In this document: one piece after another, positions 7,494 through 15,126 of the stretch
Layout: every line of letters starts with the position of its first letter
Position numbering within the stretch: the stretch's first letter is position 1
Notes under the pieces: generated by a model
Seen by the model: only the letters and a program-made list of their open reading frames with translations
The model's database searches: none
What the model was told of the DNA's origin: nothing
From: an uncultured bacterium
Lineage (GTDB): Bacteria; Patescibacteriota; Gracilibacteria; UBA1369; PNNO01
Assembly (NCBI GenBank): GCA_963704705.1
Contig: OY969931.1
Coordinates: 270,001-302,000 of the forward strand
Direction of reading: 5' to 3'
Length of the DNA stretch: 32,000 bases
Translations under genes and position numbers: made by a program

Positions 7494-8510
7494 CTACCCT
7501 AACACTTCATCCAACCTATCTTCTTCAATTGCCTGCTTGATGTCGCGCGCCACACGGCGCCCAGTGCTCATCGGAACATCATATCTTAGCCAGGTGTAAG
7601 GCGATCCGTTAATAAAAGGGTTTGTTCCTGCAACAATTCTTGCAGAAATTTCAAAAACATAAAAGTTTAGATTTGGATCGATAATCGCTTCAAGGCAGAA
7701 TGGTCCGTACAAGCCTTTACCGGCAAGCTTACGTGATTCTTTTACTACGTTTTCTCCCATTTCAAATACCTGCGGTAAAATCGACTCCCGAATTACCAAT
7801 GGAATATTACCTGTAATTGTGTAAGAGGTGCGAACATCAGTATCCAACTGATCCTGAGCAGCGATTCGGCCAATTGAATCAGCATTTGATTCGTAACGTT
7901 TATCAAAACTCATAATCTCGAGCTCATCGTTAAGCGGAGAATAAAAATAGTGCGTATACATAGGAACTCCTACTATATATTCCTGCAAAACAAACTTTTC
8001 ATCACCAGGATAATCTTTAATCCCTTCATAAAAGTCATCGGTTGAATTTGCGATGAAATAGCCTTTTCCGCCTTGTGCTCCGTGGAATTTAACGATAACC
8101 GGCCTGTCGATATCTTCAGGTTTTTTGAAAATGCGTGGCATTTTACAACCAGCTGCCAAAAGCCATTCACGCTCTTTTACTCTGTCAGATTCATATTCAA
8201 GAATTCCTTTTGTTCCGTAATGCATTATTTTAAGCTCTTTCATTTTTTCAGGTCCGATATAAGTCACAAAAGACCCGTGCGGAACTAAAATAGCTTTTTC
8301 TTCATTTAATCTGTCCTGAAGGTTAAAAAAATCCTGAAAATTTTCAATCTCCAATATCTCATCTGCAACTTTGTAACTTTCATAAGGCTTTCTGCGTCCT
8401 TTCATGCAAATACAGATAGTCTTAAAACCCTCGTCTTTGGCTCCCTTAAGTATTTGAAGGGCACTGTGGCTGCCGAGTGTTGCTATTTTGTAATCCTGGA
8501 TATTTCCCAT
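7494..8510 (-). CDS. purP: 5-formaminoimidazole-4-carboxamide ribonucleotide (FAICAR) synthetase, archaeal PurP type
   Basis: 338 aa. From memory it aligns end to end with archaeal PurP: LGSHSALQILKGAKDEGFKT, CMKGR, VPHGSF, VIVKFHGAQGGKGYFIA, QEYIVG, YFYSPLNDELEIMSFDKRYESN, ITGNIPLVIRESILPQVFEMG, GPFCLE. Confidence 0.9.
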   Translation of the reverse strand: MGNIQDYKIATLGSHSALQILKGAKDEGFKTICICMKGRRKPYESYKVADEILEIENFQDFFNLQDRLNEEKAILVPHGSFVTYIGPEKMKELKIMHYGTKGILEYESDRVKEREWLLAAGCKMPRIFKKPEDIDRPVIVKFHGAQGGKGYFIANSTDDFYEGIKDYPGDEKFVLQEYIVGVPMYTHYFYSPLNDELEIMSFDKRYESNADSIGRIAAQDQLDTDVRTSYTITGNIPLVIRESILPQVFEMGENVVKESRKLAGKGLYGPFCLEAIIDPNLNFYVFEISARIVAGTNPFINGSPYTWLRYDVPMSTGRRVARDIKQAIEEDRLDEVLG

Positions 8511-8654
8511 ATTATAAAGAAAAACTTATTTTCGATATTATAATGATTATTTAATTGCTTGGCAATATAATTTTTTATTTGATTAAAATATCAATAAGTA
8601 TTAACATTTAAACGCTAGGGTTTCAAAAATCGGTTTATTTCATAACTTTACATT

Positions 8655-9416
8655 ATGGAAAATGTAGTCAACATGCTTCAACATTTTGGTCTTAATGACA
8701 AAGAGGCCAATACTTATTTGGCGAATCTTGAGCTTGGACCAACAAGTATTCAAAAGCTTGCAAAGTGCGCCAGGCTTAATCGTTCAACAGTGCATTTTAT
8801 TGCTGACCGACTTAAAAAGAAAGGATTGATGGGTGAAACACGCAAAGGAAAGAAGCGACTTCTTTTTGCTGAAAATCCAAAAAAATTCATGGAACTTTTA
8901 ATACAGGAAAAATCCAGCATAAAATCAAAAGAGGACACACTTATTGATTTAATGCCTATTCTTGAACAGATTGAATCAACCGACGATAAAAAACCCCAGG
9001 TGCGTTTTTATGAAGGTATGCAGGGTTTTTACGATATTTGTCTTAAATCAATCGAGAAGGCTCAGGACGAAATATTATTTTTATCTTCTTATGATGACTT
9101 TATTAATGTTGATCATCATAATGAGTTTGATGCTAAAGTGTACGTTCCTTCGCGAATTAAAAAGGGAATTATAATAAGAATGCTGGTTTTTAAAAATGAA
9201 TGGGCTGAAAAACTGCGCTCAATTGAATACAAAGAATTGCGGAAATTACGTTATCTTCCAAAGAATTTTAAGTTTAAAAGCACAATTTTTATTTATGGAG
9301 ATGAGTTCTCAATGGTCTCTTCAAAAGCTCCTTATTTAGGAGTTGTGATTAATAGTAAAGAGCTTGCACATACAATGAAACAAATTTATGAGATGTTGTG
9401 GGCTGTTAGTAAATGA
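8655..9416 (+). CDS. TrmB-family (archaeal-type) HTH transcriptional regulator
   Basis: The N-terminal LQHFGLNDKEANTYLANLELGPTSIQKLAKCARLNRSTVHFIADRLKKKGL is a typical TrmB winged-helix. The C-terminal ~150 aa form an effector-like domain. Confidence 0.8.
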   Translation: MENVVNMLQHFGLNDKEANTYLANLELGPTSIQKLAKCARLNRSTVHFIADRLKKKGLMGETRKGKKRLLFAENPKKFMELLIQEKSSIKSKEDTLIDLMPILEQIESTDDKKPQVRFYEGMQGFYDICLKSIEKAQDEILFLSSYDDFINVDHHNEFDAKVYVPSRIKKGIIIRMLVFKNEWAEKLRSIEYKELRKLRYLPKNFKFKSTIFIYGDEFSMVSSKAPYLGVVINSKELAHTMKQIYEMLWAVSK

Positions 9417-9711
9417 TATTTTAATCTTAAGTCAAGGTTAAAAGAATTAATGAAAGTTTTAAAAATTTAGTAATTTTATTGTTGCTGGTTGTTGTTTTTT
9501 GGCACAAACAAGCCATTGATAGGATTTTTTTTAAAAAAATTCAAAAAATATCAAAATATTTAAAAAATATACATAAATTACGTCAACCAAATAGGCTATT
9601 TTACCTTAGGATAGCCCGATATAATATATAGAGGTGATATTTAGAAATTTAAGGACAACTTTGTCTTGACACCCAATTGCAATTAGACTTAAACTCTGCT
9701 ACCGTTGGAAA

Positions 9712-10992
9712 TTGGATGTCGGAAATATAAGGCGCTGTCTGCCGCATCGGAAAAGAAGCTCTAAGAATAAACGAATCAAACGAAGAACTACTTTATATCC
9801 GGTGTTAATACAAGGAAACATCCCGATAAATATCTACTCAGAAAAACTACAGGTTAACAGACTTGCCCGCAAAGCAAGACATCATAAAAACTTTTCAAAA
9901 GTTAATTCAATAGCCCTTAAGCTATCCCGTGTTGTTAACCTTCCGAAGTTTAAGACTAATAAACTCCAAAATAGGGTAGTTTCAGACACTCAGATTATTA
10001 AACGTGCCCTTGCTTTTGTAGGTTTATTTGTTGCTGTTACATCTTTTACACCTAATATAGCGTTCTCTGATTCTGAATTCACTTACGACCAGATGGCTTC
10101 AGGACCAATGATCGCTTCTTCTAATAATATTATTGCTGATGATGCCGGATTTATGATTCCGGTTAATCCTCAAACAAACGAAGCTGACAGAAGTGAAATG
10201 TCAGATAAAGCAACTCACACTGTTCAAAGCGGTGAAACTTTATCTACAATTGCTGAAACATACGGTTTGAAAACACAGACATTAATGTGGGAAAATAATA
10301 TGGGAACTGGAAGTATATTAAAGGTGGGTCAGGAATTGGTTGTTCCACCTGTTGATGGAGTTAGCCATACTGTTAAGAGTGGACAATCACTTGCAAAGAT
10401 CGCAACTTTATACGATGTGCCGGAAGAAGATATTATAAGACAAAACAATTTAGAATCTGAAACCATAGCTGCAGGAGAAAGTTTATTTATACCTGGCGGA
10501 AAATTAATTGCGCCTGTTGCTCCTGTTATAGTTGATGCAGCTGGAAGAAGCACAACAGCTGTTCGTACAACATCAGCTACACGTGTTAATTTAGAAGATA
10601 CCAGTGCAACTCCTACAGTTGGAAAATTCCTTATATTTCCAACTCGCGGAACAATTACTCAGGGTTATTATTCTTGGCATCGTGCTATTGATATCGCTGA
10701 CCGTTCTAAACCGCCAATATGGGCAGCAGCTGCTGGTACAGTAGTTAAAGCTTCTTCAGGTACATGGGGAGGCGGATATGGTAATCATGTAATTATCGAT
10801 CACGGCAACGGAATCCAGACACTTTATGCTCATATGGATTACTTAACAGTAACTGAAGGACAATACGTTACTCAGGGTGAGGTAATCGGACGAATGGGTA
10901 ATACAGGAAGAGTATATGGTGTTACAGGAATCCACTTACACTTTGAAGTTCGTGATCACGGTGTAAAGGAATATCCACCAAACTACTACTAG
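9712..10992 (+). CDS. Membrane-anchored LysM (x2) - M23 metallopeptidase (peptidoglycan hydrolase)
   Basis: Two LysM repeats (HTVQSGETLSTIAETYGL..., HTVKSGQSLAKIATLYDV...). An M23 catalytic core with HRAIDIA and GNHVIIDHGNGIQTLYAHM...GIHLHFEV. A single TM at ALAFVGLFVAVTSF. The start is uncertain: TTG at 9712 or in-frame GTG at 9802, with no ATG upstream of the TM. Confidence 0.9.
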   Translation: MDVGNIRRCLPHRKRSSKNKRIKRRTTLYPVLIQGNIPINIYSEKLQVNRLARKARHHKNFSKVNSIALKLSRVVNLPKFKTNKLQNRVVSDTQIIKRALAFVGLFVAVTSFTPNIAFSDSEFTYDQMASGPMIASSNNIIADDAGFMIPVNPQTNEADRSEMSDKATHTVQSGETLSTIAETYGLKTQTLMWENNMGTGSILKVGQELVVPPVDGVSHTVKSGQSLAKIATLYDVPEEDIIRQNNLESETIAAGESLFIPGGKLIAPVAPVIVDAAGRSTTAVRTTSATRVNLEDTSATPTVGKFLIFPTRGTITQGYYSWHRAIDIADRSKPPIWAAAAGTVVKASSGTWGGGYGNHVIIDHGNGIQTLYAHMDYLTVTEGQYVTQGEVIGRMGNTGRVYGVTGIHLHFEVRDHGVKEYPPNYY

Positions 10993-11070
10993 AGCAGAAC
11001 GAAGCGGAATTTAATTCTTTACATACCCCTTTCTTTCCTCTAAACTTATTTAGGTCTTTAAAGGTGCATT

Positions 11071-11352
11071 TTGAAAACGATCAAAAAAATATTATTAGGA
11101 ATTCTGCATTTTCCACGTTTTATCGTGTGCATTCTGATAAAAATTTGGCAGCACACTTTATCGTTTGATCACGGGCCTTTAAAAAGATTCTTCCCATATG
11201 GATACTGCAGGTTTAAGCCAACTTGCTCACAGTATACTTACGAGGCAGTAAAAGATTATGGAGTTATTAGAGGCGTGCCAATGGGTCTCTGGAGGATAAT
11301 GAGATGTAATCCGTGCAGTAAGGGAGGATATGATCCGGTTCATAAAAACTAA
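11071..11352 (+). CDS. yidD: Membrane protein insertion efficiency factor YidD
   Basis: The conserved [23 protein letters not shown]...[16 protein letters not shown] signature is present. The start is TTG with an upstream aaaggtg. Confidence 0.9.
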   Translation: MKTIKKILLGILHFPRFIVCILIKIWQHTLSFDHGPLKRFFPYGYCRFKPTCSQYTYEAVKDYGVIRGVPMGLWRIMRCNPCSKGGYDPVHKN

Positions 11353-11366
11353 TTAATTTACGCGCT

Positions 11367-12929
11367 ATGCCCCAACCACTTGAAACACATTACCCGGTTA
11401 GACGCGCACTCATAAGCGTGTCGGATAAATCGAATTTAGTGCCTTTTGCTCAAAGGCTTCAAAAGTTAAAAATAGAGATTTTGTCGACTGGCGGAACTGC
11501 AAAAGCTCTTAAGAAAGCCGGCATTAAAGTTTTGGATGTATCGAAATATACAAATTTTCCTGAGATGATGGATGGCAGAGTTAAAACTTTACATCCTAAG
11601 ATTTACGGCGGAATCCTTGCTGTTCGCGATAATGAAGAACATATGGATGATGTTGTTGCCAATAAAATGAAACTGATTGATTTGGTCGTTGTTAATTTAT
11701 ATCCATTTGAAGAAACAGCAGCAAAAGAACATTCCACTCAGGACGAAATAATTGAAAACATTGATATTGGCGGGCCTAGTATGGTGCGGGCTGCAGCAAA
11801 AAATTATAAATATGTAACCATTATTACGGATCCTAAAGATTATACAAAAGTTGCCAAACAGCTTGAAGAAAATGGCGAAGTTTCATATAAAATGCGCGAA
11901 AAACTGGCATTTAAAGCTTTTGACCATACTTGCAGATACGATGAGGCAATCTCTAATTATTTCAGAAAAATTACAGGTGGCAAAGAACTACTTAATCTTC
12001 ATTATGAAAAACAATACAAATTAAGATATGGCGAAAATCCTCATCAAAAAGCGGTTTTCTTTAAAAATCCGAAAAATAAACAACCTAATGTAACAAACGC
12101 AAAACAACTTCAGGGTAAAGAACTTTCTTATAATAATATTATTGATACTGATGCGGCACTGGAGCTGGTAAAGGATTTTCAGGGTCCAACAGCTTGTATA
12201 GTTAAGCACACCAATCCTTGCGGTGTAGCGATAAATCATAAAATCGAAAACGCTTTTATTAAAGCCCATAAAGTTGATCCAATGTCTGCTTATGGTTGTG
12301 TGATTGCGCTCAATCGTGAATGTAACGAAAAAATTGCCGAGTACATTGATAAAGAAAAAATGTTTGTTGAGATTATTGCTGCACCGTCATTTACAAAGGG
12401 TGCAATTAAAAAGTTCGCGAAACGAAAAAATCTTAGACTTTTAGAAACAGGTCCGCTTAAGCGCGATCCACGAAAAATCGATATAAAAAAAGTTGCGGGA
12501 GGTATCTTAATTCAGCATGCAGATACCAAAAAAGTGACTTCAAAAGATCTTAAAGTTGTAAGTAAAAAGAAGCCCACAAAACAGCAGATTATGGATATGC
12601 TTCTTGCAAGAAATATTGTTAAGCATGTTAAGTCCAATTCAGTTGTATTTGTAAAAGATGGTGTAACAACAGGTATCGGCGCAGGCCAGATGTCGCGTGT
12701 TGATGCTGTGAATATGGCTTCATTTAAAGGCGGAGAGCGCAACAAAGGCGCTGTTATGGCCAGTGATGCATTCTTTCCTTTTCCTGATGGTGTTGAGCAG
12801 GCGCACGAAGCCGGAATAGTTGCGATTATTCAGCCAGGCGGCTCAATAAGAGATAAAGAGGTAATAAAGCGTGTTGATGAACTTGGTATGAGTATGGTAT
12901 TTACAGGTATTCGTTCGTTCAAACATTAA
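11367..12929 (+). CDS. purH: Bifunctional AICAR formyltransferase / IMP cyclohydrolase
   Basis: 520 aa. It has the N-terminal MGS-like IMPCH domain (ALISVSDKSNLVPFAQ...STGGTAKAL...GRVKTLHPKIYGGIL) and a full AICARFT C-terminal domain (LRYGENPHQ, KHTNPCGVA, GAGQMSRVD, ASDAFFPFPDG). Confidence 0.95.
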   Translation: MPQPLETHYPVRRALISVSDKSNLVPFAQRLQKLKIEILSTGGTAKALKKAGIKVLDVSKYTNFPEMMDGRVKTLHPKIYGGILAVRDNEEHMDDVVANKMKLIDLVVVNLYPFEETAAKEHSTQDEIIENIDIGGPSMVRAAAKNYKYVTIITDPKDYTKVAKQLEENGEVSYKMREKLAFKAFDHTCRYDEAISNYFRKITGGKELLNLHYEKQYKLRYGENPHQKAVFFKNPKNKQPNVTNAKQLQGKELSYNNIIDTDAALELVKDFQGPTACIVKHTNPCGVAINHKIENAFIKAHKVDPMSAYGCVIALNRECNEKIAEYIDKEKMFVEIIAAPSFTKGAIKKFAKRKNLRLLETGPLKRDPRKIDIKKVAGGILIQHADTKKVTSKDLKVVSKKKPTKQQIMDMLLARNIVKHVKSNSVVFVKDGVTTGIGAGQMSRVDAVNMASFKGGERNKGAVMASDAFFPFPDGVEQAHEAGIVAIIQPGGSIRDKEVIKRVDELGMSMVFTGIRSFKH

Positions 12930-12932
12930 GAT

Positions 12933-13751
12933 ATGAATTTTTTAGACGCACTAATTTTAGGCATTTTACAGGGTATAACCGAATTTTTACCAATTTCATC
13001 AAGTGGCCATTTGGTTTTGGGAGAATCATTGCTCGGGCTTGATGTTGAGGCATTGAAAAGCTTTGATGTTGCAGTTCATATTGGTACTTTGGCTGCAATT
13101 ATTATTTATTTTTGGAAGGATTTTGTTGGCTTGATTATGGGATTTTTGAGCTTATTGCGCATCGTGAAGAGAAAGAAAAAATATGAAGAATATCAAAAAT
13201 TGGTCGGATATATTGTTATTGGAACTGTGCCTGCTGTGATTGTTGGCTTGTTATTTGGAGATGCTATTGATTATTTGTTTAGAAATCCACTTTATGTAGG
13301 GCTTTTTATGATTATGGTTGCTGAGGTATTTATTATTGCCGAAGGTGTTTTGAAAAAATATAAAGAAGAAGTTCATGTTGGTTTAAAACAGGCGATAATT
13401 ATTGGTGTTGTTCAGTCATTTGCTTTGATTCCGGGAGTTTCGCGTAGTGGTTCAACAATTGCTGCTGGTATTTTTCAAGGTGTTCCGCGTGAGAAAGCAG
13501 CTCGATTTAGCTTTTTACTTGCGATGCCCGCTATTTTCGGAGCAGGGCTTTTGACTTTAATTAAAGATTTGCATGGAGGCAGCTTTACTGTTGAAGCCAT
13601 GCCAATGTTGGTTGGTTTTATTGCCTCTGTTGCAAGCGGCTTTGTAGCAGTTTATTTTCTTATGAAGTTCCTTAAGAATCACACACTCAAAGTGTTCTCT
13701 GTTTATTTGTTTGCAATTGGATTGATTTCGGTTATAATCTCGATCCTGTAA
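12933..13751 (+). CDS. uppP: Undecaprenyl-diphosphate phosphatase
   Basis: 272 aa and polytopic. It has the signature GILQGITEFLPISSSGHL and the second motif PGVSRSGSTI. Confidence 0.95.
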   Translation: MNFLDALILGILQGITEFLPISSSGHLVLGESLLGLDVEALKSFDVAVHIGTLAAIIIYFWKDFVGLIMGFLSLLRIVKRKKKYEEYQKLVGYIVIGTVPAVIVGLLFGDAIDYLFRNPLYVGLFMIMVAEVFIIAEGVLKKYKEEVHVGLKQAIIIGVVQSFALIPGVSRSGSTIAAGIFQGVPREKAARFSFLLAMPAIFGAGLLTLIKDLHGGSFTVEAMPMLVGFIASVASGFVAVYFLMKFLKNHTLKVFSVYLFAIGLISVIISIL

Positions 13752-13761
13752 TTGAATAGTA

Positions 13762-13953
13762 ATGCCGGAAAATAATGATAAGTCTGATTTGTTTATCAGA
13801 GCTGTTGATTATTTAAAAACAAGTCAAAAAACTTCACCAACCAGATTTCAGTTTATTAGAAAAAGGGTTGTCGAAGAGCTTAGAAGGGTTGGTTTGGGTG
13901 AATTTACTGATGAACAGGCAAAAGAAATATTAGATAAAGTTGATCAACAATAA
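13762..13953 (+). CDS. Hypothetical small protein (63 aa)
   Basis: ORF packed 10 nt after uppP and 2 nt before the next ORF. It is hydrophilic and shares a weak PxR(F/Y)...(F/W)T(D/E)(E/D)xxxxxLxxV pattern with its neighbour. Confidence 0.5.
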   Translation: MPENNDKSDLFIRAVDYLKTSQKTSPTRFQFIRKRVVEELRRVGLGEFTDEQAKEILDKVDQQ

Positions 13954-13955
13954 TT

Positions 13956-14177
13956 ATGGAAAATCCAAGTGATAAACCGGAAAGACCAAAAGATTACTAC
14001 CCGAAATTTCATCATTTTAGAAATATTAAAAAAATTGATCCGGTTAGATATTCTCAGGCCTTAACTTGGACTGAAAAAATGATTCAAGACCCGGAACATC
14101 CCGACAGATTGAGGCTTTTTCCGGATTGGACAGAAGATGATCTGAGAAGTTTGCTAAAAGAAGTTTTAGCTGATTAA
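13956..14177 (+). CDS. Hypothetical small protein (73 aa)
   Basis: Tightly packed ORF with a weak pattern similarity to the preceding 63-aa ORF. Confidence 0.5.
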   Translation: MENPSDKPERPKDYYPKFHHFRNIKKIDPVRYSQALTWTEKMIQDPEHPDRLRLFPDWTEDDLRSLLKEVLAD

Positions 14178-14195
14178 AAAACATTTGTATTTAAC

Positions 14196-14255
14196 GGGAT
14201 TATCTGATAATCTCGTAAAGCTTTCGCTCTTGCTGAAAAATGCCAAGAGCTTTAC
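14196..14255 (+). promoter_or_regulatory. Two adjacent hairpins in the rpsF leader (candidate r-protein autoregulatory leader)
   Basis: Hairpin A: 14196-14203 gggattat pairs with 14207-14214 ataatctc (8 bp including one G-U, 3-nt loop). Hairpin B: outer stem 14215-14219/14251-14255 (5 bp), a 6-nt 5' bulge, inner stem gctcttg 14226-14232 / caagagc 14244-14250 (7 bp), and an 11-nt loop. It ends 15 nt before the rpsF ATG. Confidence 0.3.
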
Positions 14256-14269
14256 TAACCCAATGAAGC

Positions 14270-14893
14270 ATGAATCCAACAAAAGAAACGGAAGCTCCCG
14301 AAAAAGCTGAGGAGCTTACTAAGTATGAGCTTATGATCATTTTCAAACCTGACATGTCTCAGGAAGAAACAGATAAAGAGCTCAATAAAGTAAAAAAATT
14401 ATTAAAAGATCACAAAGCCGACATATTCCATCAGGATATTTGGGATATTAGAGATCTTGCCTATGTTATTAAGAAAAATGACAAAGGTTACTATGTGATT
14501 TTGTATTTTACAATTGAAGGAATAAATCTCCCTGAAATTGAAAAAGAACTTTTAATTAATTCGAAAATTTTAAGACATTTGGTTGTAAAAAGTCCAAAAA
14601 ATTACGAGTTAAAAAAACTTGAAGAATTAATGGCTCCTTCAACTGAAAGAAGAGGAAAACCAAAAGAGGAAACTCCAAAAAGAGCTCCTCGAAAAGTTGA
14701 AAAGAAAGAAGAAACTAAAGTAGCTGAAAAAAGTGAGCCAAAAGCCAAAGAACCTGAAGTTGAAGAAGAAAAACCTGTTGAAAAACCTGTTGAAAAACCA
14801 GCAGAAAAACCTGCACCAAAAATGGACATCAGCGATCTTGATTCAAAACTTGAAAGCATCCTTGATGATCCTGATATTGATATTAAACTTTAA
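14270..14893 (+). CDS. rpsF: 30S ribosomal protein S6 with a ~95-aa Lys/Glu/Pro-rich C-terminal extension
   Basis: The N-terminal ~110 aa (YELMIIFKPDMSQEETDKELNKV...IWDIRDLAYVIKKNDKGYYVILYF...ILRHLVV) form the S6 fold. The remainder is a low-complexity acidic/basic tail containing EKPVEKPVEKPAEKPA. Confidence 0.9.
   Translation: MNPTKETEAPEKAEELTKYELMIIFKPDMSQEETDKELNKVKKLLKDHKADIFHQDIWDIRDLAYVIKKNDKGYYVILYFTIEGINLPEIEKELLINSKILRHLVVKSPKNYELKKLEELMAPSTERRGKPKEETPKRAPRKVEKKEETKVAEKSEPKAKEPEVEEEKPVEKPVEKPAEKPAPKMDISDLDSKLESILDDPDIDIKL
14768..14815 (+). repeat. 4 x 12-nt in-frame tandem repeat (gaaaaacctgtt / gaaaaaccagca / gaaaaacctgca) encoding (EKPx)4
   Basis: Direct reading gives repeat units at 14768-14779, 14780-14791, 14792-14803 and 14804-14815. 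Confidence 0.9.
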
Positions 14894-14907
14894 CTTATAA
14901 ATTAAAT

Positions 14908-15123
14908 ATGGCTAAGAATAAATATAACAAACCTTGTACTCTTTGTGTCGACGGAGCTAATTATGTTGATTATAAAAATTTAAAAGCTCTAAGACCGTAC
15001 ATTACAAAGTACGCAAAAATTGTTCCAAAATATTATTCTGGTGTATGCTTAAGACACCAAAAGATGGTTGCAACAGCAATCAAAAGAGCACGATTTATGG
15101 CTTTAACTCCTTACGTTCGCTAA
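14908..15123 (+). CDS. rpsR: 30S ribosomal protein S18
   Basis: 71 aa, with YVDYKNLKALRPYITKYAKIVPKYYSGVCLRHQKMVATAIKRARFMALTPY, a canonical S18 sequence. Confidence 0.95.
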   Translation: MAKNKYNKPCTLCVDGANYVDYKNLKALRPYITKYAKIVPKYYSGVCLRHQKMVATAIKRARFMALTPYVR

Positions 15124-15126
15124 ATT

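Noticed and set aside
8511-8654. Multiple TATAAT-like hexamers in the divergent purP/TrmB spacer
   Set aside because: The spacer is so AT-rich that such hexamers are expected by chance. I could not pair any of them with a convincing -35 at proper spacing, so no promoter is called.
9600-10000. A cyclic-di-AMP (ydaO-type) or other riboswitch upstream of the cell-wall hydrolase
   Set aside because: The genomic context is suggestive, but I could not find the conserved G-rich or ACGGGG-type cores of that motif. The region is AT-rich and is also an open reading frame continuous with the peptidase.
14602-14859. 85-aa minus-strand ORF rich in Ser/Phe/Gly
   Set aside because: It is the antisense shadow of the low-complexity Lys/Glu/Pro tail of S6. 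The repeat structure keeps the opposite strand open.
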